Notes under the pieces: model-generated
Database searches by the model: none
What the model was told of the DNA's origin: nothing
Seen by the model: the letters and a program-made list of their open reading frames with translations, nothing else
From: Wolbachia endosymbiont of Onchocerca ochengi
GTDB lineage: Bacteria; Pseudomonadota; Alphaproteobacteria; Rickettsiales; Anaplasmataceae
Direction: 5' to 3'
NCBI RefSeq assembly: GCF_000306885.1
Contig: NC_018267.1
Location: forward strand, 390,001 to 422,000
DNA length: 32,000 nucleotides
Part shown: piece after piece, positions 10,147-21,756 of the stretch
How positions within the stretch are numbered: the stretch's first letter is position 1
Layout of the letters: the number at the start of each line of letters is the position of its first letter
Translations under genes and position numbers: made by a program

Positions 10147-11169
10147 TTAATTAAGAGGATATATACATCTCTGAGAAACAGGAGCTTGATGTTCTTGTGG
10201 TTTATCTATACCTGTTACATTTGTTGAAGGATGTTGCAAAACTTTGATTAATTCAGAGCTCTTTTGTTGTAATTGTGATGCTAATGCTTCATGTAAAAAT
10301 TTTGCTTCACATTTCTTGCCTACTTTTACTTCTTTATTTGCACGTAATTGTTCTTCAGTAATGCCATTATCTTTGATAAGCTTTATGGAGCCATCGTCGT
10401 TAATGTTAATTTTAATATTACATTCTTTTTCTCCGGCATACCATTTTATAGTCATTTGATATGATCCATTAATTACTTCATAAACTCTTTTTCCATTATC
10501 ATTAATATAGCAACATGCTCCTCTTGTCTTTTTTTGATTAGGGTAGCAAAATGTGATTGTTTTTACATTGTATTTTCTACATATGTTGCCACTTAGAAGT
10601 TTGGTTACATTTACTTCTTTTTCACTATCATTTAACACAACTCTTATAGAAGGGTAAACGATATCATTTTCCCTTTTGGCTTCTTTGAGTCTTATAGATT
10701 CTATAGTGTTATTTACTATGTTTTTAGATATCTCATTTTTGATTTGTTCAGATATTTTGCCTGTAATATCTTTGCCATTATACTTATTTTTACCACGAGC
10801 AAAGGGCTTTGGGTTTGTGATATTGGTGGAAAGGTTATTTTGCAATGAAAAAAACTTATTCCATGCTTCGTCATCATCAAGAGTGATGCTATGCTCGCCT
10901 TTGTCTAATATTGATTTAGATATATTTTGATTGCTCAAATCACCAGAAAGTTCTTCTTTCACAATTATATCAGGATTATCATCTCCCCTTACTTTCTTAT
11001 TCAGAGAAATAAGATGCTCCTCTTGTTTTTTTTTGTTTGGTTTTAAATCTGTCTCATTAAAAGAAGGTTCTTCTGCCATAAGTGCATAAGGACTTTCGAC
11101 TTTGCCCTTAATTGTAGAACAGATAGCTTTCCAAAGTTTTCTAATCTTGTCTAACATATACTTCTCCAT
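10147..11169 (-). CDS. Hypothetical hydrophilic, lysine-rich protein
   Basis: 340-aa uninterrupted ORF in an otherwise eroding region; no recognised domain. Confidence 0.55.
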   Translation of the reverse strand: MEKYMLDKIRKLWKAICSTIKGKVESPYALMAEEPSFNETDLKPNKKKQEEHLISLNKKVRGDDNPDIIVKEELSGDLSNQNISKSILDKGEHSITLDDDEAWNKFFSLQNNLSTNITNPKPFARGKNKYNGKDITGKISEQIKNEISKNIVNNTIESIRLKEAKRENDIVYPSIRVVLNDSEKEVNVTKLLSGNICRKYNVKTITFCYPNQKKTRGACCYINDNGKRVYEVINGSYQMTIKWYAGEKECNIKININDDGSIKLIKDNGITEEQLRANKEVKVGKKCEAKFLHEALASQLQQKSSELIKVLQHPSTNVTGIDKPQEHQAPVSQRCIYPLN

Positions 11170-11228
11170 TAATATTGACGTATAACTAGTATAAAAATAT
11201 TATATCAGTTAGTCAATATTTCAGCTGT

Positions 11229-12204
11229 TTAATATTGAAGGCTAAAATACTTTTCCGCTTAGTTAGTTAGAACGTGTTCCCATGGTATGCACTTTATAAA
11301 AGTGATTTTTATCAAATAAAGCTCTACCATTTCTTCAATACACCGCTATTTTCAGATAGCGCAGTGGATATGGTGTTAATTTGAATGCTCCTGGGATATT
11401 ACCTTAAATAATTCATATCTAATTTATTTAGTCTCATTTTATCTATGCTCAATTTTTGATAGCGCGGAGTCAGAAATTTCGTGAGTATTTTTTTATCATC
11501 TTTCATTTCGACAAAATTCTTTGTTCTTCTGAGTAATCTCAAAGCAATTCTGGAGTGCCACGTACACGATAAGCAATTTTCCTGTATTGCACCCTTCTGA
11601 TTTGATCAGAAAGAACTCTTGCGCCTCCTTTATTATAATGTTAACCAGCTCTTCAAAAGGATGAATTCGAGATGCAAAAGGATACCAAAACGTTCTCTCA
11701 ACGATGCGGAAAGTAGTCTAAGGCGTGTTATTGCTCCAATCAACGTAAAATGGTGGTAGGTCTATTTTTAGAGTGCGAGTAGATGGGCCTTCACCTACTA
11801 ATATGTTTAGGCGGAAATATTCTATAACAGTATATAAAACTTCTTTAATGTTGTGGTTTGATTTGTGATTTTGTTGTAAATAAAACGTCTTTTGTATTTA
11901 AAGTAGTAAGTACTGCAGCTAAATTTCCCAGCTTTGTTAAGTAAAGAATCAGAAAAGTTACACGAAAGCTGACTCTTAATTTTTTAGAAACAGTTTATGC
12001 TAAAGTTGTTTTTCCAATTCCTGGGGAGACCATACAATAGAATGTGATCCAAAGCTTTAGTTCTTGTCTGTGTGCAGCATTTATAAACACTCTTAAATTT
12101 TGTATTAATTCTTTTTGCTAGACAAAATCATTAAGCCGCTTGGCTCTAATATTTAAATTCCATATACCTTCAGTATATTCTTTATCAAATAGTATTATTT
12201 TTAT
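11229..12204 (-). pseudogene. ruvB: Disrupted Holliday junction helicase subunit RuvB
   Basis: Hand translation in shifting frames: [53 protein letters not shown]; FRVT; [37 protein letters not shown]; LDKMRLNKLDMNYLR; INTISTALSE; ends FSLQY*. No intact ORF spans the region. Confidence 0.93.
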
Positions 12205-12243
12205 AATGTTGAAAGTTCCTTAAGCGCCATACAAATAATGTTC

Positions 12244-12770
12244 TTAATATTCAGGTTTAGCGATTTGTCTTGTGTTTTTTATTATATCGTAGGCTTTCAT
12301 TTTTTTATATCCAAGATCTATCAAAGCTGAAACAGAATCTTCTTTAATCGGATGAAAGTTATTATTATTTATTTTCGATTTATTCACTTTGCTACTCAGT
12401 TTAGTAATAATTTGATTTATGAGCTTCAAACCGAGTTCACTTATTTTGAGTGCAACTTTCTTCTCGCTTGTGATTGCTAAAAACATCTGTTTTGGAGTTA
12501 ATTTACTCAAAATTATATTGCAGTTCTATAGATAACACAGCTTATCTTACAATTAGCAAACTTGCTGCTCCTCTTTGTTTATAAAAGCATATAGCTGAAT
12601 AATGTTCTCTCTATTATTCACATAGTTTCAATAAACAATTTGATTTTACCTTCAATGGAAGCCTTTATTTAAGGCTTTAGATGAAAGCTATACTATATAG
12701 CAACATCCTTTGCATTCAATATTATATGGTTGCTCTGAATTTTATCGACTGTTCCACTTAAATTTCCTAT
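12244..12770 (-). pseudogene. ruvA: Disrupted Holliday junction DNA helicase RuvA; the track ORF 12244-12510 is its surviving C-terminus
   Basis: ATG at 12770: MIGNLSGTVDKIQSNHILNAKDVAI*; IEGKIKLFIET then frame change to NYVNNRENIIQLYAFINKEEQQVC*; C-terminus with HhH-like [19 protein letters not shown] and domain [21 protein letters not shown]. Confidence 0.9.
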
Positions 12771-13259
12771 CATTGCTTGCTAGTTTAGTGATTGCTTTAA
12801 TTTTTAAGAAATCTACTAAACAGAAAAAAGGCAAGGGACCATGATAAATAATTGTTTACTTTCTCAAATTGATGTTCTACGCTATGCTGTGCTTAAAAAA
12901 CTTTATGAGCACTCTCAACTTAAGAAGTTAAGAATTTAGATAAAATTAATAAAGATATAGGTACACATAGTGCGAGAAATTAAACATAAGACATCAACTA
13001 TATAGCATCACCAATCGTTTCAACCTTGCATGGGTTAAAGACAATTAAACATCCTCAGTATTGTAAGAAGAGAGCTAAAAAGTTTGTTAAATGTTTTTTT
13101 ATTTCTGTGGCTGAAAAAGTCTGAATGCGTTAGCTATTTGCGTGATATCTTTCTTGTAAGCCTATATTCATATTATTTTCCATAATAATTAAAAGTTTGT
13201 AGAAAGTTAGTATAAATTCATGTATTTATAAGACTATAATACTCAAAAATACTTGGTTT

Positions 13260-16085
13260 ATGGAAAGTTTCATCAGAGTTAAGGGTGCGAGAGAACATAA
13301 TCTACAAAGTATAGATGTTGATATACCAAAAAATAATCTAGTTGTTATAACTGGGCTAAGTGGTTCTGGTAAATCCAGCCTTGCATTTGACACAATTTAT
13401 GCAGAGGGTCAACGTCGCTACATTGAAAGCCTATCAACCTACGCACGTCAATTTCTTAACGTAAAAGATAAACCAGATGTTGAGTCGATTACAGGCCTCT
13501 CTCCAACAATATCCATTGATCAGAAATCGATCTCAAAGAATCCAAGATCGACAGTTGGGACCGTTACTGAAATTTATGACTATCTGCGCTTAATATATTC
13601 CAGAATAGGAGTTCCTTACTCACCTGTAACTGGATTACCGATAAGAAAACAGACTATGTCTCAAATTGTAGATACTATAGTGGCGCTACCTTTGGAAACT
13701 GAAGTATATATACTTGCTCCCATTGTACGTGGTAGAAAGGGGGAACATCTTAAAGAGATATTGGAAATTAAAAGGCAAGGTTATGTAAGACTAAAAATAG
13801 ATGGCAAAATATATGATATAAATAACTTACCAAAGCTTGACAAGGGCAGAAGACATGATATCTTTGTGGTTACAGATAAGATATTAATATCAGATGATAT
13901 AGGAAATCGATTGCCAAGCAGTATAGAGTCAGCATTGAGGCTTGGTCACGGGTTAATGTATGCAGAAATAATAGGCTTGCCTAACAATCATAATTCCAAT
14001 TATAAAAGTGGTCATATCCTAACCTTTTCTGAGAGTTTTGCATGTCCGGAATCCGGCTTTACTCTTGAAGAAATAGAACCAAGATTCTTTTCTTTTAACA
14101 GTCCTTATGGTGCATGTGGATCATGTAATGGGCTTGGTAAAAAACTAAGTATTGATGTAAAGCTAATAGTGCCGGATGAAACACTTTCAATATCTGAAGG
14201 CGCTTTAAAACCAGTAGGGTCAGTATTCAATCAAATGCACATAAATTATGGGTTTATAAAAAATGCAATACTATCATTGGCTGAAAATTTTAAATTTAGT
14301 CTTGATCTTCCATGGAAGGATATAGATCAAAAAGTAAAAGATATGGTACTTTTTGGTTCTAGAGAAATGAAATTTCAAGGTTTGGTCAATATCTTGGAAA
14401 ATCAAATAGATTATGATAAAACACTTATTGAGCGATATTGTTCTGTTACTTACTGTAAAGAATGTAATGGCTACAGATTAAGAGAAGAAGCACTTACAGT
14501 AAAAATTGATGAAAAACACATAGGTGAAATATCTAAACTCGATATTGATGAATCTCTTAAATGGTTTGGAGATTTGCCAAATAAACTTACGGAACAACAG
14601 AAGCAAATCTCAATTAGAATACTAAATGAAATAGTTAAGAGATTGACATTTTTAAAGAATGTAGGATTGAGTTATCTTACACTTGATCGTGAGTCCAGCA
14701 CTCTCTCTGGTGGTGAGAGCCAAAGAATTAGGCTTGCTTCACAAATAGGTTCTGGTTTAACAGGTGTGCTGTATGTGCTTGATGAACCTTCGATAGGTCT
14801 TCATCAGTGTGATAATTATCGATTAATTGCCACACTCAAAAGCTTGAGAGATATAGGCAATACTGTGATTGTTGTTGAGCATGATGAAGATACAATAATG
14901 GCTGCTGATTATGTAATCGATCTTGGTTCTGGAGCTGGTGTAAATGGAGGAAGAATTGTTGCAGAGGGAACACCAGGTCAGGTGCGAAAAAGCTTAGAAA
15001 GCGTAACAGGACAATATTTAAGCAGAAAGAAACGGATTTTGATTCCGAAGAAGAGGAGAAAACAAACAACTCAGTTCATAAAGGTAATTAATGCGTGTGA
15101 GAATAATTTAAAGAATGTAAGCGTTAAGTTTCCTATAGGGAATTTTATTTGTGTTACTGGGATATCAGGGGGAGGAAAATCAAGTTTAGTTGTAGAAATA
15201 CTATATAAATACTCAGCATATAAAATATATCGTTCATCTGTAAAGTATGGTAAGTGTGATAAAATAGAAGGCCTTGAGTATATAGATAAAGTTATAGAAG
15301 TCGATCAATCACCAATCGGTAAGATTCCTGCATCAAATCCAGCAACATATGTAGGTATTTTTACTCATATAAGGAATTGGTTTGCAGGTCTTCCAGAATC
15401 AAAAGCACGAGGTTACAGTATAGGCCGATTTTCATTTAATATTAAGGGAGGAAGGTGCGAAGCGTGTAAAGGTGATGGATATTTAAAGATAGAAATGCAT
15501 TTTCTACCGGATGTTTATGTAAAGTGTGAGCAATGTAAAGGTCAACGGTATAACCGGGAAACATTAGAGATTACCTATAAAGGTAAATCAATTTCTGATG
15601 TGCTTGATATGACGATAGATCAAGCTTGTGATTTTTTTGGAAATCTTCCAATGATAAAAGAAAAGTTAGTTTCTTTGCAGGAAATAGGGCTTGGCTATGT
15701 AAAACTCGGGCAACCATCAACAACGTTGTCTGGGGGAGAAGCACAGCGAATAAAACTATCTAAAGAGCTCTCAAAACGATTTACTGGTAAGACATTATAT
15801 ATTCTCGATGAGCCAACAACTGGATTGCACTTTGAAGATGTAAATAACTTATTAAAAGTGCTTCATAAATTAGTCGATTTAGAAAACACTGTTATAGTTA
15901 TAGAGCATAATTTGCACGTTATAAAAACTGCAGATTATATAGTAGATATCGGACCAGAAGGCGGAATAAAAGGTGGAAAAGTGGTTGCTACAGGCACTCC
16001 GGAAAGTATAATAGATATACCAGAGAGTATTACAGGTAGATATCTTAAGCCATACTTACTCAACGGTATAAAATCATCACAATAA
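13260..16085 (+). CDS. uvrA: Excinuclease ABC subunit A
   Basis: 941-aa ORF with GLSGSGKSSLAFDTIYAEGQRRYIESLS, LSGGESQRIRLASQIGSGL, CEACKGDGYLKIEMHFLPDVYVKCEQCKGQRYNRETL, LSGGEAQRIKLSKEL. Confidence 0.98.
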   Translation: MESFIRVKGAREHNLQSIDVDIPKNNLVVITGLSGSGKSSLAFDTIYAEGQRRYIESLSTYARQFLNVKDKPDVESITGLSPTISIDQKSISKNPRSTVGTVTEIYDYLRLIYSRIGVPYSPVTGLPIRKQTMSQIVDTIVALPLETEVYILAPIVRGRKGEHLKEILEIKRQGYVRLKIDGKIYDINNLPKLDKGRRHDIFVVTDKILISDDIGNRLPSSIESALRLGHGLMYAEIIGLPNNHNSNYKSGHILTFSESFACPESGFTLEEIEPRFFSFNSPYGACGSCNGLGKKLSIDVKLIVPDETLSISEGALKPVGSVFNQMHINYGFIKNAILSLAENFKFSLDLPWKDIDQKVKDMVLFGSREMKFQGLVNILENQIDYDKTLIERYCSVTYCKECNGYRLREEALTVKIDEKHIGEISKLDIDESLKWFGDLPNKLTEQQKQISIRILNEIVKRLTFLKNVGLSYLTLDRESSTLSGGESQRIRLASQIGSGLTGVLYVLDEPSIGLHQCDNYRLIATLKSLRDIGNTVIVVEHDEDTIMAADYVIDLGSGAGVNGGRIVAEGTPGQVRKSLESVTGQYLSRKKRILIPKKRRKQTTQFIKVINACENNLKNVSVKFPIGNFICVTGISGGGKSSLVVEILYKYSAYKIYRSSVKYGKCDKIEGLEYIDKVIEVDQSPIGKIPASNPATYVGIFTHIRNWFAGLPESKARGYSIGRFSFNIKGGRCEACKGDGYLKIEMHFLPDVYVKCEQCKGQRYNRETLEITYKGKSISDVLDMTIDQACDFFGNLPMIKEKLVSLQEIGLGYVKLGQPSTTLSGGEAQRIKLSKELSKRFTGKTLYILDEPTTGLHFEDVNNLLKVLHKLVDLENTVIVIEHNLHVIKTADYIVDIGPEGGIKGGKVVATGTPESIIDIPESITGRYLKPYLLNGIKSSQ

Positions 16086-18215
16086 CTGCAGTATGTGAGA
16101 CGGTGAGGTAGATGTTCATGATAAAGAAATATGAAAATTTTTTTTGTCGACTTACCTGCTATTTATGGTGAAGTACTAACGAAAAGTTAGGTGAAAGTGA
16201 TAATCAATACAGTTTAGATAAAAAATTGCTTGATGTTTTAAATGAGTTAGTGACCGATATGCATCATTAGGTAATTTCAATTATATTAAATATATAATTC
16301 CTTTTCTAAAGACAGGATCTGATTCAAATGTGCAAGATCGGAGTGAAGGTTTCAGTTGAAATATATTACTAAAAATAAGTGCTTTTAGTCTATTCGGCAC
16401 GCTTTTTTCACTAATCTAAAGTCAGAAAAGGGTTACATTACCTGTAGCAATTAGGCACTTTATGATGATCTAATGTATGGCTCTGATGGTAATGCAAGGT
16501 GGTTTTTGATAGATTAAGTAATTTTAGCTTAGAAGATGAGGATTTGAACTGTAGTTCAAGTGGATTATCTTTTTCTAAAAAACTTATTTTCGGTGAAGCT
16601 AAAAATAGCATTAATTGCGATAGATAAGAAGTCTGAAAAAAGTGTTTTAGGAAACATTGAGAAAAGGGTAAAGAGTTTCTTAAAGAAAAGAACAAGACTG
16701 AGTTTATGTTGTAGTTATTGTGGAAAAACTTTAATAAATTGATATTAAAAGAAATGGAAAAAGCTATTGTTCAGCTTTATGTAAATTTATTTTCTTCAAA
16801 CCGTAATACTTAATGTGTTCTATTATGTTGATAAAAGTGGTGGCGACGAATGTAAAGCTTTAGGCTAGATCATAAAGGGAGCATAAGTAATCTGTTGTTA
16901 AAAGTGGAATATGATAAGGATTTTTCTTCAGTGATATCAAGCTTACAAAATGAGTATTATAACTTTGATTGTTTAAATAACCTTAGTAAACAATGTTAGA
17001 GTAGAGAAGAAGAACTAAAATATAGTATATAAAGGTTATTGTAAATAGAGAATAAACTCAAGAAGGGAGCTAAAAAAAGTAGAAATAGATAATGGGTATT
17101 TTTATGTAAAATAACTATAAGATAGTACTATTAAACCTGTGAAAATTTTGAACAATAAAGAAGCTTAAGATTTAAATATAAGAATTAGCCTACTTTAAAT
17201 AGAGAAAAGTGTAGTAAAAATTGAAAATGAGAAAGGGAAAAAGAAATTATATAGATGTCTTGCATAAGTTGGTATTGAGATGTCTTTTATTAAATTAGGA
17301 AAGATAATAAAAATATAAAGGCAGAAGTTAGTGATGAAAACAAAGCAAAGTTTAGTAAGTTAAGAAATAGATTAAGTTTAAGTAAAAGATGTTTCTTAGA
17401 AGAAGAAGGTGTTTTAGAGGTGCCTGTAGTTAAGAGTGTTAAGAAAAGTGGCTATATATTTATCTATAAAGTTTGCAAAAGTATAGGTGATTCTATTACT
17501 TCTATAAGTAAAGTTTTCTTAAGGTTATTCCAAGAGACAAGTGGAATGTTATCAAGGATATAAAATTACATCTATGGCTAAACTAGTAATAAGAATTCAC
17601 TTAAATTTACTTTTACTCCTGATTAAGGAAATGCAGTTACCTGATTAACTGAGGTATTTGTAATTCTAGTATCTAGCAGCTGACAAGAACTACGGTATAA
17701 TGTTTTTATTACAAGTATTAAAAGGTAAGGGATATACAGTAGTTATTCTATTAAAATTTATCAGAAAAGGGTAGAGGTATATAGTGAGCATATCTGTAAA
17801 AAGAGTCATTTAGTTAAGTGTTTTTTCGGTAAAATCGAATATATTTTTTCCAGGTTTAATAAAACTGTTGAGGTTTTTATGGATTTTCTTGTTGTTATGC
17901 TTTTGTTTGGCTTCTCTAAAATTTTGTCCATATGTCCTATAGGCTTTCTACCATTTGATAGATAGTAGTTCATTTACAAATTTTTCTTCTATAAATTTAT
18001 AGAAATCATCAACTAAGCAAAAGTAGCTTCATTGTATCTTTAATTTATGGATAACTTATTTAAATTTTGTTTCTCAATATTAACTAGGTTTATCTTGTTT
18101 TCTATCTTTTCTATTCTTTTTTAATCTAGGGTTTAGGTCTCTAATACTTATTATGTCATTTTAACCTATTTTGCACCACATAAGCCTTTCTGCATTAGCT
18201 ATAGAATATAGATGT

Positions 18216-18794
18216 TTACTGTTTAAAAAACTTGTATTCCTTGCTTTGTAGAAGATTTACAATGTTTTTGTGGTGCTTTAAGAAAATTAGTATTGCTACA
18301 ATTAATAGTACAAAAAATAACTCTCTTTGAAAAAAGAAAGTTGCTATAACAACTACTGTAATAGAAGTTAAAGAAGCAAGGGAAGAATATCGAAGAGTAG
18401 AAAATGCTACTAGCCAAATAAGTACGAACAGCAGTGCCACACGGGTATTAAGTGCTATTAAAATTCCTAAAGTTGTTGCAACTCCCTTTCCTCCATTGAA
18501 CTTTAGCCAGATAGGGAACATATGTCCTAGAACTGCTAAGATTGCAGATGTATATGTAATAATACCATTATTGAAAAATTGTTGCGCTGCGTAAACTGCA
18601 ATAAACCCTTTCAAAGAGTCTAGAAACAATGCTAGAGCAGCAAGTTCTTTATTTCCTGTTCTTGCAATGTTTGTAGCACCAATATTTCCAGAACCTATTT
18701 CTCTTAAATTTATTCCTTTTATCTTTGTAATAATTGAACTAAATGGTATTGAACCCAATACATATGATGATATAAGGACTATATATTTCTCCAT
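18216..18794 (-). CDS. plsY: Glycerol-3-phosphate acyltransferase
   Basis: YVLGSIPFSSII, REIGSGNIGATNIARTG, LGHMFPIWLKFNGGKGVAT. Confidence 0.96.
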   Translation of the reverse strand: MEKYIVLISSYVLGSIPFSSIITKIKGINLREIGSGNIGATNIARTGNKELAALALFLDSLKGFIAVYAAQQFFNNGIITYTSAILAVLGHMFPIWLKFNGGKGVATTLGILIALNTRVALLFVLIWLVAFSTLRYSSLASLTSITVVVIATFFFQRELFFVLLIVAILIFLKHHKNIVNLLQSKEYKFFKQ

Positions 18795-18932
18795 TACACT
18801 TACATCTTTGGTACTATCCCTAATACGTAGTAAGTACTAAACTTCAGAAAAAATAAGTATAGATTCGAGCACCAAGTACTGAAGTGATAGCGGCTTGTGT
18901 TTATCTGATATGGTTGCATACTAAAGAGGAAC

Positions 18933-20399
18933 CTAATTAATTTTATTATCCTTTAATCTTTTTAGGTAATATTGAGCTTCATTGTTAATCTGATTGCTGA
19001 ATAGTATAAGTGCTGTCATATTAATAAGAGCTAAACAAGAGAATAAAGTCCCACCAATATTGGCAATAGTCATTATATCTTTAGAAAGACCAGAGAAAAA
19101 CGCCACAATTATTACCGCTATGCGGTATATTACTATACTTTTTGTACCAAACAAATATAGCCATCCCATTTCACAGCAATACACAAAAGAAATTATTGAA
19201 GAGAATGCAAATAAAGGTGCAGCTATAGTTAAGAGTATAGGAAACCAAAAAGAAACTGTTTCAAATGCTTTTTGAGTAATTAGTATTCCCTCACCAACGC
19301 CGGTTTGGTATGCACCTGTTATTACTATTGTTATTCCTGTTAAACAACAAATTAACATTGTATCAAAACATGGTTCTATCATTGCAACTAATCCAGTTCT
19401 AACTGGTTCCTCATCTTTAGCCGCTGCATGCGTAATTGAGGCAGAGCCAATACCTGCTTCACTAGCAAAAATTGCTCTTTGAATTCCGGTAACAAATGCT
19501 CCTACTACTCCTCCACCAGCGGCATTGAAGTCTATCATATTAGAAAATAATATTTTAAGTGTATTACCAAGATTGTTAATATTAAATGCAATAATTGTGA
19601 TACAACTGAAAATATATATAAGCGACATGACGGGCACTAATGCAGAGGATACTATAGCTATCCTTTTAATTCCACCGATAATTACCAAAGCAAGCAACAC
19701 AGAAATTATGGAAGAGATCAACCAGGGGTGACTATCTACCCAATTTGAATGGCCAGACAATATTGAAACCATCTGGTTAGTTTGAAATGCTACACTTCCA
19801 CCAAGACCAGATAATACGAAAAATACCGCGTATACTGCAGCTAAGATAATACCAAGTTTCTTAAATCCAAATTCCTCCAGTCCGTTTCTGATATATTGAA
19901 ATGGACCACTAAATAACTGTTTCTGACCTTCTGTTCTGTGTCTGAACGCTAAAGTTACTTCAGCAAACTTTGCTGACATGCCGAAAAGACCTGTAATCAT
20001 CATCCAAGGTACTGCTCCTGGTCCTCCAGTTGAAATTGCAATTGCAACACCAGCAACAGTTCCAAGACCTACCGTACTTGAGAGTGCAGTTATAAATGCC
20101 TGAAAATGCGTAATGTGACCATCATGGTGATCTGTGTCATACTTCCCACATAGGATAGCGAATGCATGCTTAAACATTTTTATATTGAGAAATTTAAAAC
20201 GTAATGTTAAAAACACATAACTGAAGGCCACTAGGAAAATTGTGAATGGTATGTAGAAAACTTTAAAAAACAATACTTTACTTATGAAGTTATTTACTCC
20301 ATCTAATACAGCATCATAGCTTTTGTAAAGACCCGAAGTAGCATATGCGTCATTAAATAATAGGCAAAATAGTACTACATACAGTAACCTATAAATCAT
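18933..20399 (-). CDS. Sodium:alanine/glycine symporter family (AGCS) amino acid carrier
   Basis: ALSSTVGLGTVAGVAIAISTGGPGAVPWMMITGLFGMSAKFAE, FASEAGIGSASITHAAAKDEEPVRTGLVAMIEPCFDT. Confidence 0.95.
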   Translation of the reverse strand: MIYRLLYVVLFCLLFNDAYATSGLYKSYDAVLDGVNNFISKVLFFKVFYIPFTIFLVAFSYVFLTLRFKFLNIKMFKHAFAILCGKYDTDHHDGHITHFQAFITALSSTVGLGTVAGVAIAISTGGPGAVPWMMITGLFGMSAKFAEVTLAFRHRTEGQKQLFSGPFQYIRNGLEEFGFKKLGIILAAVYAVFFVLSGLGGSVAFQTNQMVSILSGHSNWVDSHPWLISSIISVLLALVIIGGIKRIAIVSSALVPVMSLIYIFSCITIIAFNINNLGNTLKILFSNMIDFNAAGGGVVGAFVTGIQRAIFASEAGIGSASITHAAAKDEEPVRTGLVAMIEPCFDTMLICCLTGITIVITGAYQTGVGEGILITQKAFETVSFWFPILLTIAAPLFAFSSIISFVYCCEMGWLYLFGTKSIVIYRIAVIIVAFFSGLSKDIMTIANIGGTLFSCLALINMTALILFSNQINNEAQYYLKRLKDNKIN

Positions 20400-21756
20400 G
20401 TTTAATACCTCTTAGAATTATAATAAGAATCTATTATTGTATTTATGGCTTTCCTTCTTAGGAGATATATTGTAATAGCATTTGGAACCATAAAGCACAT
20501 AAACAAATCATTGCCTAGATAAGATATAAGTTTTGTACCTTTTGATATACATTGAAACTACTGCAAAAATTTGAAGTAACACTAGTACTTTTTATTACCA
20601 AACAAGTGCTATTTTATAGTAGCAATAATAAGCTATTGTTGTGGGGAATGCAAAAGAAAACATTATTAGCGAAGGAACTGGCTTGTTAAATAAAGGTAAG
20701 ACTGTTGAAAACGCTGAGTTAACCACAGGATATTACCCCTCGTCATGGTGCTATTGAATACCAGTGATATTATCATAATGCTCTAATTAAAGATGAAACT
20801 AGTATTATGTCTACAAATAATGCAGTTGGTGTAAAGCTTTCAGCTTTAATTGGATTTTTCTCTTTTACAACTGAATGTGTTATACTGTTGTTCCGGTGCC
20901 TGCTTTATTAGTAAATAATAACTTCTCACGCTACTATTAATCCATTTAATACTTTGCCTCTATAGCTGATTTGTTAGAGATATTTTGGAATATTGTAGGG
21001 TAAAATATTCAATGAATTATCTCCGTCTACATAGGTTAAAACGCAGGCATACCTGTATACAGAATTATCAATAGTGGGTAGTAAACCTATTGAACTAAAG
21101 GTGATTTGTTCTGCTTTCCTCAGTATTACAATTAGAACAAGCGTCAAATATGATAAAAGACATGTTGTGTTCGAAGAGGGCATTTTACAATACTACAATT
21201 TAATTTGTTTGAAGTAGTGTATCATATGAAATCATTGCAATAAGTAGCTTAATTGAATAGGTAAATGCAGGTAATTTACCAGTTTTTATAAATCTAATTT
21301 TTGCAAGTTTATATTTTATGTTACAAAGAGATTTGCCAGTTTTAAATTTTCAGAACGATAAGTAAATACAAACACTACTTTGGCGAACCTTGTGGCATAC
21401 TAAGCATTACGATGACTATTATCTAAAAATTGCACGTGAGTTTATTGTACAATAATTGCAACTTCTTGATATTATTCTAAGCCCTAAGACCAATTGTTTC
21501 CGAAATTGCTGCTATAAATACCTATGAATGATTATATGTTGTTATAATTATACATTTTAGGTGGTTAGATAGCGTCTATATTCTATGCTTAACTGAGCTA
21601 AAGTTAGTAAAATTAAATTAGATATAAAAGAATCCAGTTGCAATTACTTAAATAAGTAAAACGGAACTAAGATATCTTTGTATACAGAAATGAACTAAAT
21701 AGTTCACTTATTTTTCAATTATGCTACCACTTACTGCTTTTTATTGCAATTTGCAG

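Noticed and set aside
11229-12204. Dense broken ORFs between 11.2 and 12.2 kb as a decayed transposase
   Set aside because: Hand translation matched RuvB from start to C-terminal residues instead.
12244-12510. 88-aa minus-strand ORF as a novel small protein
   Set aside because: Its sequence and the upstream frames match the C-terminal two-thirds and start of RuvA, so it is a pseudogene fragment.
14836-15069. Minus-strand ORF inside uvrA
   Set aside because: Low-complexity antisense shadow of uvrA.
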